A stretch of 64,000 nt of DNA from Eubacteriales bacterium (GTDB taxonomy: Bacteria > Bacillota > Clostridia > Oscillospirales > CAG-272): the NCBI GenBank assembly GCA_045635225.1, contig JAZRBV010000060.1:91534-155533 (forward strand), read 5' to 3'. The notes beneath the pieces were generated by a model. The model saw only the letters and a list, made by a program, of their open reading frames with translations, was not told where the DNA came from and searched no databases. Numbering within the stretch: position 1 is the first letter of the stretch; every line of letters starts with the position of its first letter. This document shows, in pieces, positions 54,036 to 63,727 of the stretch. A program made the position numbers and the translations under genes.

Positions 54036-55196
54036 TTATTTAGATGTTTTAGAAAACAATCCGTTCAATGATTCAGAAGCCTCTACAACTTGTCTGTTTT
54101 TGAGATGCGTGTAAATATCCAAGGTTGTTTTTATTTTGCTGTGTCGCATCCACTTTTGCATTTCCATCGGTCTCCATTTATTTGCATATAGAATTGAAGC
54201 TGTGGCGTGTCGCAAATCGTGGAATCTGATATGCTCATATCCTTTCTTCTTTAAGACTCTCTGAAAGGTTCTTGTAAGCGAATCAGGTCTATAAAGACTT
54301 CCATCGGACTTCGTAAATACGTAATCGCTTTCGTAGTAATCTTTGCCGAATAGTTCTCTATATTCTTCTTGCTTTGCTTTAACTTCAAGCAGAAGTTCTC
54401 TTGCATCATCAATCAAAGGGAGCGTGGTAGAACTTGCATTGGTTTTGGTATTATCTACCGCCATAATGCTTGTATATTTTACAATGGTATGATCAACAAC
54501 TATAGTATTTTTCTTGAAATCTATCGCTGACCATTTTAATCCAAGGATTTCTGAGCGTCTTAATCCATACATCAATGTCAGCTTGACTAACGGCTGTAGG
54601 TCATTGTTATCAAACACCTCAATTATTTTGTTAGCTTCATCAAGGTCGATCTCTTTAGCCACAGAATTACTTGACGTTCTTTTAGGAATTGGAACTATAT
54701 CAGCAACATTTTGATTGATATAATCCCTAAGTAAAGCATCATTTAGAACTGCTCTGAAAATAGCGGCGTGCTTCTTGATTGTTTGAGAATCTAATCCGCC
54801 TCTACCATCCGCACGTCCTTTTGTGAACTTGAATTCATAGTAATCTATTAGATGCTGTTTCGTTAAGTCTTCAATGTCTAAGCCCATATTTTCAAAATAT
54901 GGTTTTATATGTGCATTAATACAAACCGAATATGCCTCATAGGTGCTTTGGCGTACTTTTCCATATTGTCTTTTCAGCCATCTGTAAACTTCATCTAAGA
55001 AAAGATGCTTATTGGGATTATATTCTAATCCAATATACCGCTTAATGATGTCGGGTATCATATCTTCAGCCTCTCTCTTATTTCCTTTTGCCTTCAATCC
55101 AGTACCCACCCACTTGGTTTTATGCTTTCCCTCTTCCGTTTTGTAGGAAAGCACTACATACAATTTGTTGTTTTTTTCTTGTACAGAACCTCTCAT
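54036..55196 (-). CDS. int: Tyrosine integrase of element B
   Basis: GLRRSEILGLKWSAIDF (R), HDLRHATASIL (HxxR), MRHSKIKTTLDIYTH (H...Y). N-terminal arm-binding-type domain. Confidence 0.9.
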   Translation of the reverse strand: MRGSVQEKNNKLYVVLSYKTEEGKHKTKWVGTGLKAKGNKREAEDMIPDIIKRYIGLEYNPNKHLFLDEVYRWLKRQYGKVRQSTYEAYSVCINAHIKPYFENMGLDIEDLTKQHLIDYYEFKFTKGRADGRGGLDSQTIKKHAAIFRAVLNDALLRDYINQNVADIVPIPKRTSSNSVAKEIDLDEANKIIEVFDNNDLQPLVKLTLMYGLRRSEILGLKWSAIDFKKNTIVVDHTIVKYTSIMAVDNTKTNASSTTLPLIDDARELLLEVKAKQEEYRELFGKDYYESDYVFTKSDGSLYRPDSLTRTFQRVLKKKGYEHIRFHDLRHATASILYANKWRPMEMQKWMRHSKIKTTLDIYTHLKNRQVVEASESLNGLFSKTSK

Positions 55197-55408
55197 ACCG
55201 CCATTGGCTCCTTTCTAAATAAATAATCAAATAAATACACTTTTGGAATTCTGATTTGGTTTCCGATTCGAATACTTCTGATTTCCTTGTTTCTTATCAA
55301 AGAATAACAAGTAGTTCTTGACACTTGCAAAATTGCACTTAACGCATCAACTGTTAGCACATCGGGATAATTGCTTAAAGCTTTGTTTTTGTGATACTGA
55401 TAATTCAT
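55193..55408 (-). CDS. xis: Excisionase-type HTH protein
   Basis: LTVDALSAILQVSRTTCYSLIRNKEIRSIRIGNQIRIPKVYLFDYL. Overlaps int by 4 nt. Confidence 0.7.
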   Translation of the reverse strand: MNYQYHKNKALSNYPDVLTVDALSAILQVSRTTCYSLIRNKEIRSIRIGNQIRIPKVYLFDYLFRKEPMAV

Positions 55409-55514
55409 ATTTGATTTACAGCCTTTCTACCCATTAGGGATTTTTATTTTATTTTCCATAGGTTTGCCGATGCATAACAAACAGAACAACGCCTGTTTGC
55501 TATGCATCATTGTT

Positions 55515-56039
55515 TTAGCGATTGTCGAGCAAGAAGCCGTAAGATGTATAAAGGCAACTGCTCCCAAGTCTTATGTCACGCCCATACGCTTCATAGCAAA
55601 AATAAGGGCGAATGCTTTCGGGTAAATCAATACTGCAGTATTCCTTTGCGTAGTAATAACCAAGTTCCTCATCATCGGTAACATCGGTGATTAAATCAAA
55701 CTCGTCCAACCTGTCCAAAAGCTCTAACACCTCTGACACGCTTCTGCAAGCCTCATATTCAAGCACCGCCCCCAGCTTGTCAGCCTCATCATCCGACAAG
55801 TCCTCAAGGCGTTGTGCCAGCTCATTTAATGCTTGCACGCTTGAATACTCGGAAATCACATCACCTATGCCAATGATTTCGTTTTCATAGTCGGTAATGA
55901 AGTATTCTTCGTAATACTCGTCGATACCGATTTCCTTAAGCACCTTGTCAAGCACATCTTCGCAGACAGGGAGCTTTACCCATTTTCCAACGAGATAACC
56001 CTCATTGTACCTACCCAAATTAGTAATAAAGATTTTCAT
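55515..56039 (-). CDS. ardA: ArdA anti-restriction protein
   Basis: MKIFITNLGRYNEGYLVGKWVKLPV...EYYEEYFITDYE N-terminal signature. Acidic throughout. Confidence 0.8.
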   Translation of the reverse strand: MKIFITNLGRYNEGYLVGKWVKLPVCEDVLDKVLKEIGIDEYYEEYFITDYENEIIGIGDVISEYSSVQALNELAQRLEDLSDDEADKLGAVLEYEACRSVSEVLELLDRLDEFDLITDVTDDEELGYYYAKEYCSIDLPESIRPYFCYEAYGRDIRLGSSCLYTSYGFLLDNR

Positions 56040-56407
56040 AGTTCTGTTATCCTTTCATTGTCTTGAGATTTTGCGAGACAAGCACTATAATGTAAGTACC
56101 GACATCGCAACTCTCGTGCTGTTCTTTGCCATTCGTATTGTTCTTGCCTTGCATAATGCACACCCTTTCTAACCACGCATATATATGCGTAATATTTATA
56201 ATATATTGTATAAATATCCACCTTCATTTAACACTTACATAAATATTGTAGTGCCGTTTTTTCACTATGAACAGAAAAAATGAAAATTTCCTTCATTAAG
56301 TTATAGTCGCTCATTTTTTACAACAGTAACTAACAGCTACGGCAAAAGGGATTGTATTGTTATTATAGTGCATATATATTCGGATGATAAGGAAAATGAA
56401 AAACTCA

Positions 56408-56445
56408 TAAAAAAACAGCCCTGCCTCCATTACGGAGGCAGGGTT
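56408..56445 (-). terminator. Terminator of the rep operon
   Basis: 10-bp GC-rich stem CCCTGCCTCC/GGAGGCAGGG followed on the minus strand by T7. Confidence 0.7.
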
Positions 56446-56624
56446 GCCCTTTGGAAAATAAAAAGAAAGGAAAAGAAAGGAATAAAAATTTGAAAGACTG
56501 ACATTTTTCTACACCTTACTCAAATTGCTTTCGCAACTTTATATTATTATATAAGGTAGATAATGCAATTATCAATTAAAAGTACGCTAAAACAAATATT
56601 TTATTCCATTGTAGTCCTTTCATT

Positions 56625-56921
56625 TCAACGCACGTATTTTAGCTTTTGCCAAGTCTTCTCCTTATTATAATCATATCCTATGTCAACCATCGCAATACCC
56701 TGTAGATTGCAATACACAGGATTGATCTTGTCTACATCGAGCTTACGCAAGAGCAGATAGGTTAAATAGTGTTCCGCTGACAAGTAAAACGATACGAGGC
56801 TTGGCGGATAATCGGGCTTGTACGATGGCACAAGGAATGTGGCAACATAGCCCTCAATGGTTTCTTTGGTGTCTTGGGAAACAAAGTCTTTTTTTCTTAT
56901 CTCTATTAAGTTAGCTTTCAT
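56625..56921 (-). CDS. Hypothetical protein downstream of rep
   Basis: ORF only. Confidence 0.4.
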   Translation of the reverse strand: MKANLIEIRKKDFVSQDTKETIEGYVATFLVPSYKPDYPPSLVSFYLSAEHYLTYLLLRKLDVDKINPVYCNLQGIAMVDIGYDYNKEKTWQKLKYVR

Positions 56922-56938
56922 TGGTATATACCTCTCTT

Positions 56939-58612
56939 TTATGCTGTTTTATCATTTTTTAATATATCTATTGCCTTTTGTAGAACGGCAACCTTGTTTT
57001 GAAGCTCTTTGAGCAAACAACGCTCAAAATACTGCGTAACCCTCATATCATCTTCAGTAAAGTCAATCGTAATATCGTGTTCCGGCACGGCTGGAACCAT
57101 TCTGTCCTCTCGGACAAAATCTTTAAGCTCTATACGCTTGCCCTCAGAGTCAAGCAATTCACCGCCTGCAAGCTCCTTTGCGTTGTGGTACGCCTTGTAG
57201 TCCTCAAATGTAACAGGAGCACCATTGATGTTGAAAATCACATCGTTTGGCGTACGCATACGCTCTGCCATGTACGTCTTAAACAGCTCGTATTCCTCGG
57301 CATCAATCTTGCCACTCGCAATAAGCGTTTCGGCAAACATATCACGCCCACCACTTAAATCATCAACGGAAATACGGCTTGTTTCCTTTTCGGGCTTGAT
57401 TAGATAAGCAGGATTGACAATCGTTGCTTTGAGCACATTTTTGCCATCTTTTTTATGGTCATATATATAGAACGCATCTTCAAAAGCACGAATGAGCGTT
57501 TTTATACGCCTATGCAACTGAACAAGAGGATCGTCACCGTAATAGCTTGCATCGGCAACATACTTTTTCTTTTTGCCATTCTTTTCATCTTCCTTGTAAT
57601 ACTCGGATAAAGGACAGTATGATGAAATGATAATCGTATCTCCTGTAAATGCCTTGTTTTTGTAGCGAGATTTTACAGAAGTTCCGGTGTATGTACTTAA
57701 AAGCCTCATAAATGACGAATAAGAGAAGCAATCATCTCTCAAGTCATCAAGGATAAGGCACTTTTGCGAGGCATAATCTTGCATAGGATCGTTTTCATCA
57801 GATGTTATATAATACGACCACTTCATATGCTCGCAGAATGAAACGGCAAAGCCCGATTTTCCTTTGCCCCCAGACCCCTCAAGGAAAATGACCTCAAGGG
57901 AACGGCTATGCTTATCTCTTTCGTACAAAGCAATTTTTTGAGCATCAAAGGCTTGTTCGATTTTATTAGCGTAACGAGATTTCAACTCACGATACTCTCT
58001 GTTCGTTGCTAATTGTTCGTTAAATTGATATTGAAGAAGCTTAAAGTCAAGGATATCGTCCTTCAGTTTATCAAAACGATTTTCCCAACTGTTCTTTTTC
58101 TTGACAGACGGAGTGCTCTTTAGATACAAGTCAAGAGTGCCACCATCTATATTAGTAACAATTTCCGATACTTCATGTTGCGTTTTCTCGGGAGCATTTT
58201 TGTGCAATAGATATTGCAGCATATACTCCCAAGTACGCCCCTGCTCAATCTTGCCAACAGGAAATACATTCTTGAGCCTATTGAACTTGAGAGTAGTTCC
58301 ATTCTTGCCTCGTATACATATATGATAATGAGGCTGTTCGGTTTCACCCTTTTCGTTTTTATCGTCCTTATGCAATATGTAAGCGTACTCAATATTGTCA
58401 TCAGAGTATTGGGCGAAAAAGTCTTTAAGATACTGTTCATCATAGGTTAGAACAGTATCACCAACGCTATCAATCAATTCTTGTTTGTTAAGGATGTTAT
58501 TCTCTGTAATACGAATAAACCCTATAGATAGCGTTTTTGGTGCTTTAGAGGTATCTTCCTCAAGCACCCAAACCTTAGGTTCTTTTAATGTTGCCATGTT
58601 TTTATTCTCCAA
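56939..58612 (-). CDS. rep: Replication initiator: HUH-type Rep N-domain fused to a P-loop NTPase
   Basis: EYAYILHKDDKNEKGETEQPHYHICIRG (HUH-like HYH), P-loop LEGSGGKGKSGF. Iterons lie immediately upstream. Confidence 0.6.
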   Translation of the reverse strand: MENKNMATLKEPKVWVLEEDTSKAPKTLSIGFIRITENNILNKQELIDSVGDTVLTYDEQYLKDFFAQYSDDNIEYAYILHKDDKNEKGETEQPHYHICIRGKNGTTLKFNRLKNVFPVGKIEQGRTWEYMLQYLLHKNAPEKTQHEVSEIVTNIDGGTLDLYLKSTPSVKKKNSWENRFDKLKDDILDFKLLQYQFNEQLATNREYRELKSRYANKIEQAFDAQKIALYERDKHSRSLEVIFLEGSGGKGKSGFAVSFCEHMKWSYYITSDENDPMQDYASQKCLILDDLRDDCFSYSSFMRLLSTYTGTSVKSRYKNKAFTGDTIIISSYCPLSEYYKEDEKNGKKKKYVADASYYGDDPLVQLHRRIKTLIRAFEDAFYIYDHKKDGKNVLKATIVNPAYLIKPEKETSRISVDDLSGGRDMFAETLIASGKIDAEEYELFKTYMAERMRTPNDVIFNINGAPVTFEDYKAYHNAKELAGGELLDSEGKRIELKDFVREDRMVPAVPEHDITIDFTEDDMRVTQYFERCLLKELQNKVAVLQKAIDILKNDKTA

Positions 58613-58630
58613 ATAAAGTATTTACTTTAC

Positions 58631-58833
58631 CATCAACTACAGCGTGGTAAGCATACCTTACTATAGTGCAACTGCATTTTAATCAACAGACAACTATGTT
58701 CGAGGGCACAGTAAACCATAGCTTAGTTGCTTTATCATCAACTGTAGCGTAGAAAGCATACCTTACTATAGTGCAACTGTACTTTGACCAACAGACAACT
58801 ATGTTCGAGGGCATAGTAAACCATAGCTTAGTT
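58631..58833. repeat. Two tandem 98-bp direct repeats (105-bp period), iteron/origin-like
   Basis: Copy 1 is 58631-58728 and copy 2 is 58736-58833, with 9 mismatches by my count. A palindrome TGTCCGC-TTGC-GCGGACA follows at 58851-58868. Confidence 0.7.
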
Positions 58834-58877
58834 TGTGTTTATATGTTTATTGTCCGCTTGCGCGGACATATGGACAT

Positions 58878-58917
58878 ATAAAACACAAAGCCCAGTGAGG
58901 AATGATAATCACTGGGC
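58878..58917 (-). terminator. Terminator after the second recombinase gene
   Basis: Stem GCCCAGTGA/TCACTGGGC followed on the minus strand by TTTGTGTTTTAT. Confidence 0.55.
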
Positions 58918-59011
58918 ACGGACTTAGGAGAATATGAAAAACCTTAAAATATAAGTAGTTTTGTAGATATATAGGATATTTTGGAACATATAAAACATAT
59001 GAACATATCGT

Positions 59012-59959
59012 TTAACGCCAATAGTTGTGAAAAATTATTGAGAGGCGGTTATGACTGATCAGTTGGCTGGCGATACCTATGTGCTCTAAATTATGAGCAC
59101 CTGTGTAATTTTGATAATATGGGTGCGAAAGAGCCTTTTCCAGCTTACGCTCGTCTATGAATAGCTCTCTATACTGGTGTAAAGGACTCCAATCGTAAGC
59201 AAGCTCACGAACGACATCTTTAACAAAACAGGAGCGGTATTGGTGAACAGCACAATTACTATCAATGCCGTCCGATAGAGCACACCCCTCGCCAAGCCGT
59301 TCTACACGCTCGGCAACATACTTTTCAATAGCATCCCTGTAATCATAAAGGCAATACGCTAAATGCTCTTTGCCCCCTTTTTCGACCGTCCAACAACCTA
59401 TAATATGACCATCACGCCATACAAGATTGTCGGTAGTCAACTTACCAGCCTCAAGGGAGCTTCTTCTAAAGCCAAACGCTTGTGATAATATCTGTGCCTC
59501 GTTGCGTGCGTAATGGTTGGTGTGGTGCTCTGTATGTATGCCCCTGTTGTTTGTTATATCTTCAGTACGACGTCTGTAATCCCCGAAGTCAGAGAGCTTA
59601 TAGAAATCTCGGTTGTCGGTGCACCCAAACAAACTTCGATTGATAGCGGATAGGTCTTTTGACAAAGTGAAATTGCTACAAGTTTCAGCACGATGTTCTA
59701 TATACTCACGCACGTGCGACTCTGTTATATCGTTAGTGCTTCGGACTTCAGCGTGTGCTGTTTTCATCCAATCCGCAAATGTCGCAACAGAGCTTTTATA
59801 AGTTCGCATACTCGCATATGAATGAATACCCCTAACAGCTCTACCGCTATTGTAGTTCTCAACCCCTCGTTGCTCCTTTTCCTTTTTCTGTCCGATTGCA
59901 CGTTGCTTTTCTAATCGTGTGATAAGCTGTTGCTTTAAGTTCTGTTTGTTTCGTGCCAT
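59012..59959 (-). CDS. Divergent tyrosine recombinase-like protein
   Basis: SAM-like N-domain (MRTYKSSVATFADWMK...ITESHVREYIEH). FGFRRSSLEAGKL (R), VEKGGKEH (K), AVHQYRSCF (HxxR), LISHNRLSIIFHNYW (H...Y). Confidence 0.5.
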   Translation of the reverse strand: MARNKQNLKQQLITRLEKQRAIGQKKEKEQRGVENYNSGRAVRGIHSYASMRTYKSSVATFADWMKTAHAEVRSTNDITESHVREYIEHRAETCSNFTLSKDLSAINRSLFGCTDNRDFYKLSDFGDYRRRTEDITNNRGIHTEHHTNHYARNEAQILSQAFGFRRSSLEAGKLTTDNLVWRDGHIIGCWTVEKGGKEHLAYCLYDYRDAIEKYVAERVERLGEGCALSDGIDSNCAVHQYRSCFVKDVVRELAYDWSPLHQYRELFIDERKLEKALSHPYYQNYTGAHNLEHIGIASQLISHNRLSIIFHNYWR

Positions 59960-60419
59960 ATTATAGCCCCCCTTTCTGTCGAAGTTATTAAGTACAAAAT
60001 GACCACCTTTTTTCGCATTTTAGGGTGCACGAAAGTGTAGCTAAACGATACCCCTATGATGATGAAATTGCCAACGCTGATGGCGTTGCTAATTTCTGCG
60101 TTGTAGGCATACGCCTACTTGTTTGCGTATGAAGAAGCGTAGTTCGCATTTCAAATTGTCAATGCTCACTCCGTTTCTTCATATAACGCAAAAATGTAGG
60201 TTTTGATACTTATTGAATTATCAAAACCCTTTTATCCACCTACCTTTTTTCAAGTCCTTGCCTTTTTCTTTGCCCCTTTCTGTATAGTTAATAGACCAAA
60301 TCTTTTGGTACTTTTATACTATACTGTTTTTGCCCCCGAAATATAAAATTTCAAGGTCAAAGACAAAGTGCGGTGAAAAGCCAAAATCCAAAAACCAGGA
60401 AGAAAAATGAAAGGTGGAA

Positions 60420-60454
60420 ATAAAAAAAGGCACACCCAAAATTGAGTGTACCTT
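60420..60454 (-). terminator. Terminator after 60538..60762
   Basis: Minus strand AAGGUACAC...GUGUGCCUU followed by T7. Confidence 0.6.
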
Positions 60455-60537
60455 ATATTGAATTTCCCGTGTGCTTGTGCCGTTTCACTTGCACCAAATT
60501 TGCACCAATTCACACCAAGATTTAGAGCATTATATGC

Positions 60538-60762
60538 TCATTTCTTTTCACAAATCTCTTTGGCATAAATAGGAGAAATATTCTGCATTTCATCGTAATC
60601 TCCATATATTCTTTCCGATTTAATGAAATCCTCTTTATCATTGTAAAAATAGATATACCTACCTATTCTCTCTACACCGTCAACAACTCTCACTTTTTCA
60701 GAGTAATTATCAACGACCTTGTAATATATGGTTTTTCCTTCACTTGTAATAAAGCTATTCAT
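60538..60762 (-). CDS. Hypothetical small protein
   Basis: ATG 60762 preceded by GGAGAAG. The longer track start would overlap the upstream gene. Confidence 0.4.
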   Translation of the reverse strand: MNSFITSEGKTIYYKVVDNYSEKVRVVDGVERIGRYIYFYNDKEDFIKSERIYGDYDEMQNISPIYAKEICEKK

Positions 60763-60778
60763 GACTTCTCCTAATGCA

Positions 60779-62011
60779 TCATTGGTAAGTATCATAGAAT
60801 TTCAATGTATAATCCCCGGGCTTTAAGTCAAAGAATGTTATGCTGTAAGCGTAGGAACGTCCTATATACTTGAAATCAACCCAAACGTATCCAGTTTCAA
60901 TGCAAACGCCAGCTTCGTTATACAATTCATAATCTATGTTGATATACCCATAGCTCGTATTATACTCGGTCATAGAGACAATCAAGTCAACTGTCATAGT
61001 TACAGTACCATCATAATCTAAATGACCTGTATCTACAGTATAGGTTGCGGAATTAACTACATTCACGTTATAAGCAAGTGAACCATATGTTGGATAATAT
61101 TTGTATTCCTTACCTAATTCATCAATAGTCAATGTTGTTTCAGGCATTTCTACCGATACATTGATTTCGATACTTTTGTCATAACCTTTGATATAGACAG
61201 TAACAACTGTATTTCCACTTGAAACAGGCGTAAATGTAAGAGGAATGACATCACCATCCCACTCACCCCACTCACAACGAACTACACTTGTATCGTCGAT
61301 ATCATATGTAACTGTTTCGCCACCAATCATAGTGATATAGGCAACATCACTATTATCTTCAAGACTGATATTATATTTTGTAGATGTAAGGGTTAATGCA
61401 ATATAATCCGGATCATCTGCTCCGCAAATAATACATTCTCCTTGCATATAAGAATGTCCTATTGGCTCACTATTAGGATCTACTTCAAAACACGCACAAC
61501 AAGATCTTGGTGTAGTGCATGTAGGATTCCCCCAGTCGTGCCCAAGTTTGTTGATTTCTGTTTGCTGTACAAGGATTTCGTTACAGACACTGCAATGTTT
61601 TCCTTCGGTTAAGCCTTTTGTAGTACAAGTTGGCTCCACGGATGCATCAACAACTTCTGTATGTCCTAAAGCTTTGCCATCTGTCTTGTTGCAATTTTGG
61701 CAAATTTTAGGCTCTGTGCAAGTAGCATTAACAAAGCTATGCCCTTTAGCAGTACCCATTGTTTCTTGGCATATTCTGCAGGTTTTAGGATAAGAACAGT
61801 CAGCTTCAATCCATTGATGATTGCATGAATTTTTTGAATCATCAGAAGGCTTTATTAAAGTTAATAATACTATCAGCCCCACAATAACAACTATGCCAAC
61901 AGTTGCAATTATTGCAACTAGTTTTGTAGGAAAGGGCTGTTTAGGATTTGGGGGATTAGGTGGTGTTTCTTGAGATTCATATTCGGGGCTTTGATGATTC
62001 ATTTCGTCCAT
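60779..62011 (-). CDS. Membrane-anchored extracellular protein with Cys-rich GH-x-W/C repeats
   Basis: TM helix LVAIIATVGIVVIVGLIVLLTLI, then repeated C..P..C..C...GH modules. Start at ATG 62011 (RBS GGAAAGGAAA), just after a hairpin-T run at 62027-62061. Confidence 0.5.
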   Translation of the reverse strand: MDEMNHQSPEYESQETPPNPPNPKQPFPTKLVAIIATVGIVVIVGLIVLLTLIKPSDDSKNSCNHQWIEADCSYPKTCRICQETMGTAKGHSFVNATCTEPKICQNCNKTDGKALGHTEVVDASVEPTCTTKGLTEGKHCSVCNEILVQQTEINKLGHDWGNPTCTTPRSCCACFEVDPNSEPIGHSYMQGECIICGADDPDYIALTLTSTKYNISLEDNSDVAYITMIGGETVTYDIDDTSVVRCEWGEWDGDVIPLTFTPVSSGNTVVTVYIKGYDKSIEINVSVEMPETTLTIDELGKEYKYYPTYGSLAYNVNVVNSATYTVDTGHLDYDGTVTMTVDLIVSMTEYNTSYGYINIDYELYNEAGVCIETGYVWVDFKYIGRSYAYSITFFDLKPGDYTLKFYDTYQ

Positions 62012-62229
62012 GAGATATTTCCTTTCCAAAAACAAAAAGTGCGTCCCATTGAGAGACGCACGAAAAACGTACCTCTCAATGTTGCTACACATCTACCCAT
62101 AACAAAGGGAGAGAGAATACATTTTTACCAAAATAGTATTCCCCCTTGTAAGGGTATATTAAGATGTGTAGCGAGTTTATTATATCATATTTTTTAGATT
62201 TTGTCAATGTAATACATAATATTAGAAAC

Positions 62230-62260
62230 GAAAAAATCCCCCATCTAAAAGATGGAGGAT
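62230..62260 (-). terminator. Terminator downstream of the MazF-like gene
   Basis: Minus strand AUCCUCCAUC-UUUUA-GAUGGGGGAU followed by T6. Confidence 0.6.
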
Positions 62261-62373
62261 TGCCGATAAGTCGCCAAACTTATCATAACTGAATGCTATT
62301 GTGCCGATTGACCGCCAAGTCAATCATATCTGTATCTACATTATACACTATATTATATTCATTGTCAAGCGTT

Positions 62374-62916
62374 TTATGAATTTTTTTGTTTGTTTTTTAA
62401 ATATTCACATTTGCCAGTCAAAGAATTAATCACATTATCTCTGCTTTTAATCAAGTTAGTAAGTCCAAAAATATTTAACAATTTCTCGTCTATTTCATTA
62501 ACTTCAGCATTTAATTCGCATACTTTTCTTGAAACTATTCTTTCTTTGCCGATAGTTTTGATTTGACCTAAATCTATTGTTCCGATCAGTTGTTTGGAAA
62601 TTCCTTTATCAGTATATGTATAAGTTCCAGTTATGGGAATTTGTATGTCTGCAATAGTCATCGGGCTTGTCGAAATAATAGCACAAGTAAAAACTGGAGA
62701 AGAAAAATTGTAAGAATTTGCTTGTAACACAACTACAGGACGAATTTTATTTTCTTCGCTACCTATATTTTCACCCAAATCAACGAAATAAACCTCATTT
62801 CGTTTTACCGTCCAAGTCCTTTGACGAGTTTTTCCTATAGTATGATACAACTTTTGGCTATTCCAACTACTAATTCTTTGGGCTTTTTGTAAAACTTTCA
62901 ACTCATCTGGATTCAT
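62374..62916 (-). CDS. PemK/MazF-family toxin-like protein, no adjacent antitoxin ORF
   Basis: VYFVDLGENIGSEENKIRPVVVLQANSYNFSSPVFTCAIISTS signature. ATG 62916 lies 9 nt after GAGGTG. Confidence 0.65.
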   Translation of the reverse strand: MNPDELKVLQKAQRISSWNSQKLYHTIGKTRQRTWTVKRNEVYFVDLGENIGSEENKIRPVVVLQANSYNFSSPVFTCAIISTSPMTIADIQIPITGTYTYTDKGISKQLIGTIDLGQIKTIGKERIVSRKVCELNAEVNEIDEKLLNIFGLTNLIKSRDNVINSLTGKCEYLKNKQKNS

Positions 62917-62965
62917 GATATAGACACCTCGCATCATAAGTAAAATCATATTGTTTTTCGCGTTC

Positions 62966-62994
62966 ATTATACCATATGTCTGATATTTTGTCAA
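62966..62994 (-). promoter_or_regulatory. Consensus sigma-A promoter of the MazF-like gene
   Basis: Minus strand TTGACA - 17 nt - (TGG)TATAAT. Confidence 0.65.
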
Positions 62995-63244
62995 TCTCCA
63001 TAGCAACATTGTTTTTATATAGAACTGTTCAATTCTTTACCATTTGGACTGTGATGCAATTTCAAGTTTGACAATTAACAAATGTGCAACTGCCCCACGC
63101 TATCTAAAAAACATCTAAAAAACTGTTGTTCAAAATTTGAAACCACAGCTCTGTAGCTTCAGAAAAGACTCATTTTTCACAAAAAAGCCCTGTTTTTTTG
63201 ATGGTTTTCACCCAGTAATACCCCCTGTTAAGTACGCCTTCATT

Positions 63245-63289
63245 TTGGGGTGGTAGAGGCCGCAAGTTCAAGTCTTGTCACTCAGACCA
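63245..63289 (+). repeat. att-type direct repeat, copy 2
   Basis: Identical 45-mer to 53800-53844. Flanks diverge immediately on both sides. Confidence 0.75.
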
Positions 63290-63727
63290 AAAATCCGCGA
63301 GAGCGGAACACAATAGGTTGATTAAATCAATCGTATTATCACTATATTTAGTGGTTTTATGGTTATTTAGTCAACCTTTTTTGTTTTCTCTTTCGGGCGA
63401 GTTGCAAAAAAAGTTGCAAAAACATATATCAAAGGAATAATGACAAACTTTTTTGCAGATTTTGTCCAAAATCCTAACGCATTTTCAAAAAGCGCGGTTC
63501 TAAAAAAGAAAAATAGTGTCCTTGTCTTGATTGATTTTTGAAACATTCCTTAAAGATTTTCGATAAGCACCGAAATGGGGGGAGTTGTCGGTTACGGTAC
63601 TATAATGGGAAACCGCAACGGTGAGTACATCATATAGTGCAAACCCACGCACACCGACAAACCACGCTATAAAAGCGGAAACCACAAAAATCTCATTCCC
63701 CCCATACGGAAAGAAAGGACACAAAAA

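Larger units (their letters stand above)
53800..63289. mobile_element. 9.5-kb integrative (mobilisable/replicative) element B bounded by the 45-bp repeats
   Basis: int and xis next to the left repeat, plus ardA, rep with iterons, a second tyrosine recombinase, a surface protein and a MazF-like gene. The right repeat is at 63245-63289. Confidence 0.65.

Noticed and set aside
56036-56227. 63-aa ORF overlapping the ardA start by ATGA.
   Set aside because: Its composition is Tyr/Cys/Arg-rich and odd, and the region contains promoter-like hexamers for ardA (TTGCGA...TATAGT). It is probably the ardA leader, with low certainty.
60319-60513. 64-aa minus-strand ORF; likewise 63500..63808 (-).
   Set aside because: The first covers a terminator hairpin and iteron-like GCACCAA repeats. 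The second overlaps the integrase start and leader on the opposite strand. Neither has an RBS.
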